A model generated the notes under the pieces. It was not told the origin of the DNA. It did no database searches and was given only the letters and a program-made list of their open reading frames with translations. The position numbers were made by a program, and so were the translations under genes. Source: an uncultured delta proteobacterium (GTDB taxonomy: Bacteria; Desulfobacterota; Binatia; UBA9968). From it: a stretch of DNA of 64,000 nucleotides. Shown here piece by piece: positions 10,692 to 20,159 of the stretch. Location: the NCBI GenBank assembly GCA_963847445.1, contig CAWJZV010000046.1, forward strand, positions 256,001 through 320,000, in the 5' to 3' direction. Position 1 is the stretch's first letter; each line of letters opens with the position of its first letter.

Positions 10692-10755
10692 TTCTCCTCG
10701 TCTGCATCTTCTACGTCTGAGCTCGACCAATGGATTGGCCGAGAACTTTTGTCGA

Positions 10756-10784
10756 TTAGACGTGTGCGGCGAACTTTTGGTTGC
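10756..10784 (-). promoter_or_regulatory. ECF-type promoter, copy 5: GCAACC-N16-CGTCTAA
   Basis: Same motif, downstream of the sigma/anti-sigma pair. Confidence 0.8.
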
Positions 10785-10876
10785 AGGCCATTGGCGGGGC
10801 TTCGCTAAGAGGCGGGCCTGCCGAGTGAAGTAGGATGGGCTGGTTCAGAGGTGACAAGGGGCAGGCGAGGCAGATG

Positions 10877-11188
10877 TTACGCCGCCAGCTGAGTCAAGAG
10901 GCAAAAAACTATCGCGGTGACTCGGCGCAGTTTGCTGCGCAGAAAGCCAAGCACGTTGTCGCGCACCTTGGGCGGAATCTCATCGGCGCCTAATGTCGCG
11001 GTGGTTTGGACCGTCTTCTTGTAGGTTTTCACAAAATTGACGCAGTCCGGACAGCTGCTCAGATGTTGAGTAAACGCTTGTTTCACCGTTGGGCGCAGTT
11101 TGTCGGTTAAGTAATCCAGCAGCAGATCGGCGATCTGTTTACAGGTTTTTGCGGCTAACGGGCGGCGCGTCGTTTTGACTTTGGGCAT
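10877..11188 (-). CDS. zf-HC2 (ZAS) anti-sigma factor, copy 1
   Basis: TCKQIADLLLDYL..FTQHLSSCPDC; immediately downstream of the ECF sigma gene. Confidence 0.9.
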   Translation of the reverse strand: MPKVKTTRRPLAAKTCKQIADLLLDYLTDKLRPTVKQAFTQHLSSCPDCVNFVKTYKKTVQTTATLGADEIPPKVRDNVLGFLRSKLRRVTAIVFCLLTQLAA

Positions 11189-11202
11189 CGATGACTCTTT
11201 CC

Positions 11203-11946
11203 TTACGCTGCGGAGATAGCCGAGTTGGACCGCCAGCTTGCCGCGCAGGAACAGGCGCGCGCGATGCAGCCGAGTTTTGACCGCCGAGACCGTCAAGCCG
11301 GTGGCGGCGGCGATTTCCTTATCGGCCAAGCCTTCGAGATCGCTCAGGACGATGACGTTTTATCGACCGGTTTCAATTGTTCGAGGGCTCTCGCGATCAG
11401 CGCTTGAGTTTCACTCTTGGCGTAGTGTTCGTCGAGGGTATCCGACCAGTCGACCACCGGCCGCGCTGATGGTGGCCGTCGGCTTGAAACTTGGGCAGGA
11501 ATTCCTCGTAGGCGATTTCCTTATTTTTCTTGCTGCGGCGAATGCGACCCAAGCGCGGCGTTGACAGTCAGCCGATAGAGCCAGGTGGAGAATTGCGAAT
11601 GGCCCTGGAACAATGGGCTTTGCGGAAGGCGGTGAGAAAAACATCCTGGATCACTTCTTCGGCGTCGCGGGGCATCGCCTTCAGAATGCGCAACGCGACG
11701 TTGTAGAGTTTGCCGGAATAAAGGTTGAAAGCCTGCTCCAGGGCGGCGTGGTCGCCGGCCTTGAAGCCGGGTCACGAGATTGACTTCGTCCTGGGCCCGA
11801 CCGCGGGGTTTGGGCGCCAGCGAGGGGTTAGCGTTGCGCCGGGCGATCTCGCGAGCCAGCGGCGGTGTCAAACTGCGGCCGCGCGATCGTTCAACCGATT
11901 CGTTGTCCAAAATAATCATGATCCCCTCCCCATCGAATGACATCAT
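11203..11946 (-). CDS. ECF sigma-70 family factor; frameshifted
   Basis: Region 2 (DAEEVIQDVF, FQGHSQFSTWLYRLTVNAA) and region 4 (KEIAAATGLTVSAVKTRLHRAR). Confidence 0.9.
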
Positions 11947-11978
11947 TGTGAAGTTAATAGTTTTTGCGCGTTGCCCGA

Positions 11979-12260
11979 CTAAGCGCCTGTTTCGCTGTCG
12001 GAGCTTCCTAGGAGCATTTCAATAAATGGCGAGCAGTTGACGATGTGGAAAGACCCGCCGCGCAGCTTGGTTAATCTGCGTGCGACTTCGTCGCTCATGT
12101 ACACCACGCCGGTCATATCGAGAATTAAATTTACCGAATCAGCCCGGTCGTGAAGCGACCAGATTTTTTCCAGTTCGGCGTAAGATTGTGAGTCAATATT
12201 GCCATCCAGCCGTATTCGTTTGGTGGTTTCGTTGACGTTTTGTTCGGTGATTCTCAGCAT
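11979..12260 (-). CDS. STAS-domain protein
   Basis: MLRITE..IRLDGNI..LILDMTGVVYMS..IVNCSPFI. Confidence 0.8.
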   Translation of the reverse strand: MLRITEQNVNETTKRIRLDGNIDSQSYAELEKIWSLHDRADSVNLILDMTGVVYMSDEVARRLTKLRGGSFHIVNCSPFIEMLLGSSDSETGA

Positions 12261-12296
12261 GTTTTTCTTCGCCTGACTTGCTTGCCCAAGCTATTT

Positions 12297-12312
12297 AGCA
12301 GATGTCATGCCA
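12297..12312 (-). promoter_or_regulatory. sigma54 -24/-12 promoter TGGCATGACATCTGCT
   Basis: GG-N10-GC spacing, about 35 bp upstream of the STAS start, divergent from a sigma54 activator. Confidence 0.78.
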
Positions 12313-12365
12313 CATCGTAAGCTTTGAAATAAATTAAAGTTTCGCAAAAATAGCCGATGGGGTGC

Positions 12366-12411
12366 TGTGGCATTTCGTTGTGGTATTTCGCGATGGTTGC
12401 GAAATGCCGCA
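12366..12411. promoter_or_regulatory. candidate upstream activator sequence (TGTGGCATTTCG, TGTGGTATTTCG, inverted CGAAATGCCGCA)
   Basis: Two direct and one inverted copy of a 12-mer, with an AT-rich tract between it and the sigma54 site. Confidence 0.6.
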
Positions 12412-12485
12412 AGCAGCTGGTAGAGTTTTCATGCTCCTAACGATCGCGACTGCACGGCATTCGGCAGTCAACAAAGGCATGGTGT

Positions 12486-15198
12486 ATGTCTGATCCGCAA
12501 AACCTTGGTGTTCGAATGACGCCCGCAGATCCTTCAGTAAGCGTCTGCTTCGGTGCCCAGGTGAGCGATATTTCTCCGTCCAGCCATGTCGCTTACTTTT
12601 GGAACGATGAAAAGGAGTTTGCCGATGGCGTGAAGTTTCTCGAGTCCGGACTATCGGCCAGCGATCACTGTGTGATTTTTGGCCACGATGAAGCCAATCA
12701 AATGGTTTGCGACGTGCTTAAGGGACGCGGCTATGACGTCGATGGTTTGCTGGCATCCGGGCGCATCACTATCCTCGGCGGCGGCCACGGAAGCGTCGGA
12801 GATTCTCGCCAAGATCGGCGCGGTGTTTGAAAAATCATTGGCCGCCGGCGCGTCGCTGATTCGACTTTTAGGCAACATCGGTTGGGGCAGAGCCAACTGG
12901 CCGGACGAAAAATCGTTGCTGGCGTTCGAAGCGCAGGTGACCGAAGCGGCGAAACAGTTTCCTTGCGTCGTGGTCTGCATGTACGACGTCGCCGGTTTGC
13001 CAGGATCGATCGTCCACCATGGCGGGATCGGCACTCATCCGCATATCGTCAGCAACGGCCACGCGCAAGCCAACCCGCATTATGTGCCGACCGAGATCTT
13101 CTTGCGCCGCATGGAAACCGTTGCCGGCGCGGTGGCCGAGCGCCGGCGCAACGAAGCAACGCTGCACCATATCACCGAAGGCACGGTGCAGATCGTCGGC
13201 GACGATTTTTTTCGCCAACTGGCGCGCCATCTCGCCGAGGCGCTGCGTGTCCGCTACTGCTTCGTCACCGAATGCACCGACGATTCGCAGACCCGGCTGC
13301 GCGCGCTGGCGTTTTGGGACGGCCATGGGTTTGCGCAAAACGTCGAATATCCGCTGCGCGGCACGCCCTGTGAAAAAGTCATCGAAGGCAATATTTGCTC
13401 CTACCCCGATCGGCTGCAATCAGCTGTTTCCCGAGGACAAGGATCTGGTCACCCTCGGCGCTGAAAGCTACGCCGGCGTGCCGCTGGCCGAACTCGACAG
13501 GGCCGGGTGCTCGGCCATCTGGTGGTGATGGACAACCGCGCGCGCGAGTTTGGCCCGGCGAAAATGAGCTGCGCATATTGCGTATCTTCGCCACCCGCGC
13601 CGGCATCGAACTCGAACGGAGCGCGCCGACGCAGGTACCTCTAACGCCGAATTGACGCGCGCAATAAACAGATCGCGGCGAAACGCGTGGCAATCTGCTC
13701 GAAGTCAACAATGCGATCGTCACCAAACTGACCCGGGATGAGCTTTTCGCGGTGATCTGCTGACTCACTGGCAGCAAGGCGATCTGTTTCGACCGGCTGG
13801 CGCTTTCGCTTTACGATCCGGAGCTCAAAGCCTTGCGGATCGTCACCTACGCCGGCGCCTATCAGCGGGCGGATTACACGCCGATCGGCCGCGTGCTGAA
13901 ACTCGACGACAGCCCGGCGGGGCAGGCGTTTTGCCAGCCAAAAACCGGTCCTGTGCAGCGATCTTGAAATCGAGCGACTGCACCGCTTCCGAGGAACGCG
14001 CTTACGGCCATGGCTTTCGCTCGATGTGTGCTGTTGCCTCTGGTGGTGCATGGCCGATCCATCGGCGCCATTACGGTCGGCAGCCTGACCCGTTCGCAGT
14101 ATTCCGCAGCCGACGCGGAGTTTCTCATGGAGGTGGCCAACCAGATCGCCATCGCCGTCGAGAATATGCAGCTGCACGAAGAGACCGCCAGCGCTGAAAG
14201 CGCGCTTCGAGGCCGAGACGGTTTATCTTGCAGGAAGAAATCAAGACCGAGCATAACTTCGAAGAGATCATCGGCCAGAGCGCGCCGGTGCGCGAGCTCT
14301 TGCGCAAGGTCGAGCAGGTGGCGCCCACCGACGCCACGGTGTTGATTTGCGGCGAGACCGGCACCGGCAAGGAATTGTTGGCGCGCGCGGTGCACGACCG
14401 CAGCAAGCGCAAGGATCGCGCCGTTGGTCAAAGTCAATTGCGGCTCGATCCCGTCGGGTCTGGTGGAAAGCGAGCTGTTCGGCCATGAAAAGGGCGCGTT
14501 TACCGGCGCCACCCAGCGGCGCATCGGCCGCTTCGAACTCGCCCATGGCGGGACGATCTTTCTCGATGAGGTGACCGAGTTGCCGCTCGATACCCAGGTC
14601 AAACTGTTGCGCGTGCTGCAAGAAGGCGAGTTCGAACGAGTCGGCAGCAGCCAGACGATCAAGGTCGACGTGCGCGTGATCGCCGCGACCAATCGCGATC
14701 TCGAAGCAGGTCGTCGGCAACGGCAGTTTTCGCGCCGATTTATTTTATCGTCTTGAATGTTTTTCCGCTGGAAGTGCCGCCGCTGCGCGAGCGCAAGGAC
14801 GATATCCCGTTGTTGGTCAACTTTTTCTTGAGCCGGTTCGGCAAGAAGCTCGGCAAAGAAGTGCGCGGCGTGACGCGGCGCTCGATGGAGAGTCTGGTTC
14901 GCTACAGCTGGCCGGGCAACATTCGCGAGCTGCAAAACGTCATCGAACGCGCGGTGGTGCTGGCCACTGGCCCGGTGGTGCAAGTGGAGAAGCGATGCGG
15001 CCTTGCGGCGAAAACGCCGGCCAGGAGGAACCGCGCCTGCGACTCTGGAGAACAACGAGCGGGCGCATATTCAACGCGCGCTAGCCGAAACCAACTGGGT
15101 GATTCATGGCAAGAAGGGCGCGGCGGAGCTGCTCGGCATCAACCCGAGCACGCTTGCGCTCGCGCATGGAGAAACTAGGGATCAAGAAGCAGGCGTAA
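12486..15198 (+). CDS. sigma54-dependent activator, MEDS-GAF-GAF-AAA+-HTH (FhlA-like); frameshifted
   Basis: MEDS (HVAYFW..LLAFEA..VCMYD), GAF (YPLRGTPC), [54 protein letters not shown]. Confidence 0.92.
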
Positions 15199-15207
15199 CC
15201 TAGCTTG

Positions 15208-15332
15208 AGGTTCAAATCGTTCAAATCGTTCAAGCCGTTCAAATCGCTGATCGCTCAACGATTCGAACGGATCGTAGCGATTGAACGGCTTGAACGTTTT
15301 GAACGACTGGAGCGTTTGAACGACTTGAACGC
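15208..15332. repeat. inverted pair of 9-bp tandem repeat arms (GTTCAAATC / TTGAACG family)
   Basis: gttcaaatc-gttcaaatc-gttcaagcc-gttcaaatc followed by complementary ttgaacg units; related arms at about 4845, 42523, 44808 and 46741-46890. Confidence 0.85.
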
Positions 15333-15919
15333 GCGAAGCATTTTATAACCGGCGCCAGCTTGAAGGCCAAGCGAAAACCCAAAAGCAGCGCGAGTACCGC
15401 GCCATATTGCACCGGGCGGCGGATGTCGGCTTTGACCAGCCAGTAAAAGTGCAGCACGCCGAGAATTGCGATGCCATAAACCAGATAGTGCAGTTGTTGC
15501 CAGCGCTTGCCGAGGCGGCGGATCATGGCGGCGCTCGATGTAACCGCCAGCGGGATCATTAGCACCAGAGCGCTGAAGCCGACGGTGATGTAGGGCCGCT
15601 TGAAAATGTCTTTGGCGATGGCGGCGAAATCGAAGAACAGATCGAGCACCATGTAGGTGGAGAAATGCAGCGCGGCGTAGAAAAACGCGAACAGGCCGAG
15701 CATGCGGCGCAATTTGATCAGTTCGTTCCAGCCGGTGAGCCGGCGCAGCGGCGTGACGGCTAGACTGGCAAGCAAAATAATCAACGACCAGGAACCGGTG
15801 AAGCGGGTGATGTACTCGATCGGGTTGGCGGTCAAATTATCGCTGTAATAGCCGTAGCCGAGTTGGCCGAGCGGAATGAGGCAGACGATGAAGAGCGCGG
15901 GCTTTAGATAGGCAAGCAT
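15239..15919 (-). CDS. msrQ: methionine sulfoxide reductase heme-binding membrane subunit
   Basis: ANPIEYITRFTG, LRRMLGLFAFFYA..H, KRPYITVG, LGKRWQQLHYLVY, LHFYW. Confidence 0.95.
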   Translation of the reverse strand: MLAYLKPALFIVCLIPLGQLGYGYYSDNLTANPIEYITRFTGSWSLIILLASLAVTPLRRLTGWNELIKLRRMLGLFAFFYAALHFSTYMVLDLFFDFAAIAKDIFKRPYITVGFSALVLMIPLAVTSSAAMIRRLGKRWQQLHYLVYGIAILGVLHFYWLVKADIRRPVQYGAVLALLLGFRLAFKLAPVIKCFARSSRSNAPVVQNVQAVQSLRSVRIVERSAI

Positions 15920-15929
15920 AGGAATTAAT

Positions 15930-16015
15930 AAATTGAGAATGGAAAATTCAAAAAAATAGGATCAGACGACTGGGTTGATCTGTCTGGCATTTTCAATTTT
16001 CACATTTTCCATTAT
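15930..16015. repeat. AT-rich inverted short-period repeat between msrP and msrQ
   Basis: aattgagaatggaaaattcaaaa ... attttcaattttcacattttccatt. Confidence 0.65.
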
Positions 16016-16016
16016 T

Positions 16017-16979
16017 TCAGTAATTTTTCTTAAGATCCATTCCTTTATACAAGCTCGCTACTTGATCGCCGTAACCGTTGAACATCAAGGTCTTGCGCCG
16101 GCGGAATTCGCCGATGCGCCGTTCGGTCGCCTGGGTCCAGCGCGGATGGTCGACTTCGGGATTCACGTTGGAATAAAAGCCATACTCTTGCGGCTGCATC
16201 ATGTTCCACGATGCTGCCGGCTGCTTTTCGACGAAGCGAACTTTGACGATGGACTTGATGCTCTTGAAGCCGTACTTCCACGGCACGACGAGACGGATCG
16301 GCGCGCCGTTCTGTGCCGGCAAGACCTCGCCGTAGAGACCCACCGAGAGAATCGTCAGCGGATGCATCGCTTCATCCATGCGCAACCCTTCGACATAGGG
16401 CCATTCCATGGTCGGCAGCCTTTGGCCAGGAAGCCGCTTGGGATCGTTGAGGGTGACGAATTGGATGAACTTGGCGTTGCTGGTGGGCTCGGCGAGTTTG
16501 ATCAGGGCGCTCAATGGAAAGCCGACCCATGGAATCACCATCGACCACGCTTCAACACAGCGCAGCCGATAAATCCGCTCTTCCAACGGCGCCAGCTTGA
16601 TCAGCTCCTCGATGTCGTAGGTCTTGGCCTTTTTGACTTCGCCTTCCACCGCGACCGACCAAGGACGGGTAATCAGATACTTGGCATTCTCCGCCGGATC
16701 TTCTTTGTCGGGGCCGAGTTCGTAGAAATTATTATAGCTGGTGATCTCCTTCAGCGTGTTGAGCTTTTCGTTGGTGCTGAAATTACTTTTCTTGACGTTG
16801 GCGAGTTTCTCGGCGCCATAGGCGATGCCCGATTCTGTGCCCAGCTCCAAGCCGCCGAGTATCGCGCCGGTGCCGAGCGCCATGGCCGATGCCGAAAGCA
16901 TGAATTGGCGGCGGTTAAGGTAGTGCTCCTTGGGCGTGATCTCCGCTGCTTTGATATCGGCGGGCTTTTTGATCAGCAT
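16017..16979 (-). CDS. msrP: periplasmic methionine sulfoxide reductase, molybdopterin catalytic subunit
   Basis: Tat signal [49 protein letters not shown]; true start MLIKKP at 16979. Confidence 0.97.
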   Translation of the reverse strand: MLIKKPADIKAAEITPKEHYLNRRQFMLSASAMALGTGAILGGLELGTESGIAYGAEKLANVKKSNFSTNEKLNTLKEITSYNNFYELGPDKEDPAENAKYLITRPWSVAVEGEVKKAKTYDIEELIKLAPLEERIYRLRCVEAWSMVIPWVGFPLSALIKLAEPTSNAKFIQFVTLNDPKRLPGQRLPTMEWPYVEGLRMDEAMHPLTILSVGLYGEVLPAQNGAPIRLVVPWKYGFKSIKSIVKVRFVEKQPAASWNMMQPQEYGFYSNVNPEVDHPRWTQATERRIGEFRRRKTLMFNGYGDQVASLYKGMDLKKNY

Positions 16980-17008
16980 TGATTCTCCTCTGCGAACCTC
17001 GCGCGCCG

Positions 17009-17530
17009 CTATTCGGCGAGCAGTTGTTTGATCGTCGACTCGGTTTTGCCGTAGGCGCCTTCGCCTATATGGCTGTAGCGGATTGAGCCCTTTTTGTCGA
17101 CCAGCACGATGGTCGGCCAAGCCCAGACGCCGTAGCGTTTCCAAATATCGAAGTTGTTGTCTTGCACCACCGGGAACTTGATGCCGAGTTTCGCCGTCGC
17201 ATCTTTCACTTTGTCGATTGGTTTCTCCCAAGGAAACTCCGGCGAGTGGACGCCGACGATGGTTAATCCGGCTTGCTCGTACTTATCATGCCAACTCCGC
17301 AACTGCGGGATGATGTTTTTGCAATTGATTCAGCCATAGGTCCAGAATTCCACAAGGACGACTCGGCCTTTAAGGCTCGCGATGGTCAGCGGTTTGCTGT
17401 TGATCCAATTATCGCCGGCGATATCCGGCGCCGTCGTGCCGCTGGTGAGCGCCGCGCCGGCGCGCGGCCATGCCAGCCAAATCGCTAGCGCGAGAACCAA
17501 AGCGACTGAATAAGCTGTCAAACGCACCAT
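17009..17530 (-). CDS. exported redoxin (TlpA/DipZ-C-like thioredoxin fold) with an in-frame TGA at the catalytic site; probable selenoprotein (UxxC)
   Basis: ORFs 17330..17530 and 17009..17302 are in one frame: [32 protein letters not shown]; hairpin CCGC-AGTT-GCGG about 21 nt after the TGA. Confidence 0.88.
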
Positions 17531-17578
17531 GTACTTTTACCATTTCTCCTCGACCCTAGCGGCATGTCAGCGCATCAA

Positions 17579-17607
17579 TTAGATGCCATCCGCACCGGAG
17601 TGGTTGC
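17579..17607 (-). promoter_or_regulatory. ECF-type promoter, copy 6: GCAACC-N16-CATCTAA
   Basis: Exact motif upstream of redoxin-msrP-msrQ. Confidence 0.82.
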
Positions 17608-17683
17608 GAGGTTGGGCAAATTTTCTATTAAACGTCGGTTTGCCGGGCAAAGTTCCCCAGCGGTGACTGACAAAGTGAATTTC

Positions 17684-17727
17684 AAAAAACCCAGCCGGGG
17701 GCTCGTGAGAGCCCCGGCGCGGTGGGT
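17684..17727 (-). terminator. rho-independent terminator
   Basis: GCCGGGGCTC/GAGCCCCCGGC hairpin followed by a T run on the minus strand, after 17734..17946. Confidence 0.8.
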
Positions 17728-17733
17728 GGGCGG

Positions 17734-17946
17734 TTAGTGGAGGAGTTGGGAGAGGGGCGCAAAATTTTCTAATTCTTTATCTAAGTCAACCGGTTGGGCA
17801 GTTTTCTTGATCATTTCCATCACCGCGAATCGAGCCAGGTTGTAAGCGTCTTTATCGTTGTCGGAGTATTCGAAAGCGACTTCGCTGGCGGCGGCGATCA
17901 AATCTCCCAAGGTGGTGTCGATCCTGCGGCTATTGGGTTTTTCCAT
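17734..17946 (-). CDS. small hypothetical protein (IDTTLGDLIAAA motif)
   Basis: 70 aa, AAAGGA RBS, own promoter and terminator. Confidence 0.75.
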   Translation of the reverse strand: MEKPNSRRIDTTLGDLIAAASEVAFEYSDNDKDAYNLARFAVMEMIKKTAQPVDLDKELENFAPLSQLLH

Positions 17947-17976
17947 GGTCTCGCGGGTCCTTTCTCCCTTGCTTGG

Positions 17977-18004
17977 TTAGACGATTGCGGAGAAAAAAGG
18001 ATGT
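17977..18004 (-). promoter_or_regulatory. ECF-type promoter, copy 7 (variant): ACATCC-N15-CGTCTAA
   Basis: Same -10; spacer is one short but contains a T6 homopolymer prone to indel error. Confidence 0.55.
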
Positions 18005-18072
18005 AGTGCGTTGTCAACTTCACTGACCTGCGAAATGGTAGAAATCGCTCGTCTTCATGCGCATTGAAAGTT

Positions 18073-18205
18073 CGTCATGCCGGTGAAAATCATCCAGACC
18101 CATCATCCACCTGGATACCGTTTTTCAACGGTATGACGGACTCTGTCCGTCACCTGGATTCCGGCCCCGGATCGAGTCCGGGGCAGGCTCTGCGCCGGAA
18201 TGACG
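18073..18205. repeat. REP-like palindrome, CGTCAT..ATCCA/TGGAT..ATGACG family
   Basis: cgtcatgccgg..catcca..ctggatacc..gtatgacg and ctggattccggc..gccggaatgacg; relatives at 23121, 41255 and 61300. Confidence 0.8.
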
Positions 18206-18305
18206 GAAGGGCAGTCGGCTGCCGGTCGACAATCTCAGCACCGCTCGGAAAAGCGTCGACGGTTGCTTATTTCGACCAATGAATGCTTCCGGCGGGCGTG
18301 GCAAC

Positions 18306-19073
18306 TTACTGTTCAGGCGGCGGATCGATCTCAGCTTCTTCAACCTTCTTGGCTGGCGCGAGCTGTTGGGCGTTGCGATTTTCACTCTGGCTCAGGTAGC
18401 CGACACTGGCGAGGCGGTTCAATATGATGTTGCGCCGGGCGGCTAGGCCGCGCTCCTTGGAGTTGCGCGGGCTCGGCAGCAGGGCGGCCAAGGTCGCGGC
18501 TTCGACCAGGTCGACGGAACCGGCGGATTTGCCGAAGTAGTGTCGCGCCGCCGCTTCGACGCCGTAAATATTGCGGCCCAATTCGACGACGTTCAAGTAA
18601 ACCTCGAAAATGCGCCGCTTCGACAGGGCGTTTTCCAGCTGATGGGCGATGATGATTTCTTTCAACTTGCGCAGCGGATTTTTCGACGGGCTGAGATAAA
18701 GGTTCTTGGCAAGCTGCATGGTGATGGTGCTGCCGCCTCGGCTAAAGCTCAAGGTCTCAAGATCCTTCTTGAACGCGGCCTTGAGCTCTGTCATGTCAAC
18801 GCCCTTATGGCTGTAGAATCCGGCGTCCTCACTGATCAGGACGGCTTTTTTAATATGCTCTGAGATCGCACCGTAGGACACCCAGATTTGTTGGCGCCGC
18901 CCGCGTGAGTTTTGCTTTTTGTACTCTTGGTCGCGCAAGTCCATGAGCGCAGTGCTATTAGGATTCTTCTGCTTGAGCCGCGAAACGTCGGGCAACGAGA
19001 AGTAAAAATAGTAACCGGCGCTGACCAGGAGGGTCGCGACCAAGGTGCTAAGTAGGACTCTTTTCATGTTCAA
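18306..19073 (-). CDS. mtgA: monofunctional peptidoglycan transglycosylase
   Basis: SEDAGFYSHKGVD, RGGSTITMQLAKNLYL, RKLKE, YLNVVE, YGVEAAARHYF. Confidence 0.92.
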   Translation of the reverse strand: MNMKRVLLSTLVATLLVSAGYYFYFSLPDVSRLKQKNPNSTALMDLRDQEYKKQNSRGRRQQIWVSYGAISEHIKKAVLISEDAGFYSHKGVDMTELKAAFKKDLETLSFSRGGSTITMQLAKNLYLSPSKNPLRKLKEIIIAHQLENALSKRRIFEVYLNVVELGRNIYGVEAAARHYFGKSAGSVDLVEAATLAALLPSPRNSKERGLAARRNIILNRLASVGYLSQSENRNAQQLAPAKKVEEAEIDPPPEQ

Positions 19074-20104
19074 TAAATAACTTGACGGCTTTGCTGGTCA
19101 TCGATGAGGTGGCATAGCGGTGCAGCTGGGACGGCAGGATCCAACGCCATCCGGGCTGGCAGGCGTTTCGTCAGCGGCCAACGATAGAGTAAGACGGGCG
19201 CATGAATGCGCCGGTTGGTTATGCTATGGCGCAGCTCGCCCAAGCGCTGCGGCCGCGGGCCGGCGACGGCAAGCGGTTTGAGTTCTTTGCGAATCGCCGC
19301 CTCCGGTTTTGCCGTTGGCGCGATCTCGACGCCGGGGAGTTCCCACAGTTTAGCCAGCAAGCCATCGGCTTGACGGCGCCGCAGGAGTATCTTGCCGTGA
19401 TAATTGACGATGGCCAGCGGCCAGGTGACGTCGCGAAAGTTTACTCTTGGCCGCTGCTGTGCAGATTGGCGCTGTCCCAGCCGATCTCGGCTCCGGCAGT
19501 CGGAAGTCACCGGACAGTCGCCGCAGCGCGGCTCTTTCGGCGTACAGAGCGTGGCGCCGAGTTCCATCAAGGCTTGGTTGAGATTTCCCGGTTGCGAGGT
19601 TTGTGCCAGTTTGCCGGCGATCGTGCGCACTGCCGCTTCGCCGTTTGTGCGAAATAGCCGGTTAAACACGCGGCGCACGTTGCCGTCGACGGCGGGATAT
19701 TTTTCGTCGAAGGCGATGCTGAGCAGCGCTCCGGCGGTGTAGGCGCCGATACCGGGGAGGGCGCGCAGCAGTTCATAATCCCGCGGCAGAGTGCCGCCAT
19801 GTTGGGCGACGATCTGGCGCGCGGCTTTGTGTAAATTCTCGGCGCGCCGGTAGTAGCCCAGCCCTGACCACAGGCGCAGCACCCGCGGCAGCGGCGCGCC
19901 GGCAAGCGTTTGCAGGGTCGGAAACGCTGCAACAAAACGCGCGTAGTAGGGCAACACGGTCTTGACTTGGGTTTGCTGCAGCATGGTCTCCGAGATCCAG
20001 ATGGTGTAGGGATCGCGCGAGCGGCGCCAGGGTAAATCGCGCTGGTTGCTTCGATACCAGTTGAGCAGCCGGCGCCGCAGCAGAGAAAGATTTACTTCAG
20101 CCAT
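19070..20104 (-). CDS. mutY: A/G-specific adenine glycosylase
   Basis: RDLPWR, WISETMLQQT, WSGLGYYRRA, LPGIGAYTA, VDGNVRRV, CX6CX2CX5C cluster. Confidence 0.96.
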   Translation of the reverse strand: MAEVNLSLLRRRLLNWYRSNQRDLPWRRSRDPYTIWISETMLQQTQVKTVLPYYARFVAAFPTLQTLAGAPLPRVLRLWSGLGYYRRAENLHKAARQIVAQHGGTLPRDYELLRALPGIGAYTAGALLSIAFDEKYPAVDGNVRRVFNRLFRTNGEAAVRTIAGKLAQTSQPGNLNQALMELGATLCTPKEPRCGDCPVTSDCRSRDRLGQRQSAQQRPRVNFRDVTWPLAIVNYHGKILLRRRQADGLLAKLWELPGVEIAPTAKPEAAIRKELKPLAVAGPRPQRLGELRHSITNRRIHAPVLLYRWPLTKRLPARMALDPAVPAAPLCHLIDDQQSRQVIY

Positions 20105-20159
20105 GAATGCAGTCGGGCGGGTTTTCAGTTATGGTTATTCCGGGTTTCCAGTTAAGAGG

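Noticed and set aside
11189-11329. Sigma/anti-sigma fusion suggested by ORF 10877..11329
   Set aside because: A separate purine-rich RBS and ATG at 11188 and a nearby out-of-frame TAA indicate two genes joined by an indel; not fully excluded without reads.
13640-13770. TGA codons in the sigma54 activator as selenocysteine
   Set aside because: They lie in an indel-rich stretch, are not at a Cys-type catalytic position, and no clear hairpin follows.
13874-15055. Long antisense ORFs (also 15975..16982, 23078..24157, 50592..51617, 27559..28428)
   Set aside because: Shadow frames of well-supported genes in GC-rich DNA, with no family motifs.
15208-15332. CRISPR array
   Set aside because: Units are 7-9 bp, tandem and inverted, with no unique spacers and no cas genes.
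16980-17231. N-terminal extension of MsrP in ORF 16017..17231
   Set aside because: It is an alternate frame over the redoxin gene; the real start is MLIKKP at 16979 with a GAGGAG RBS.
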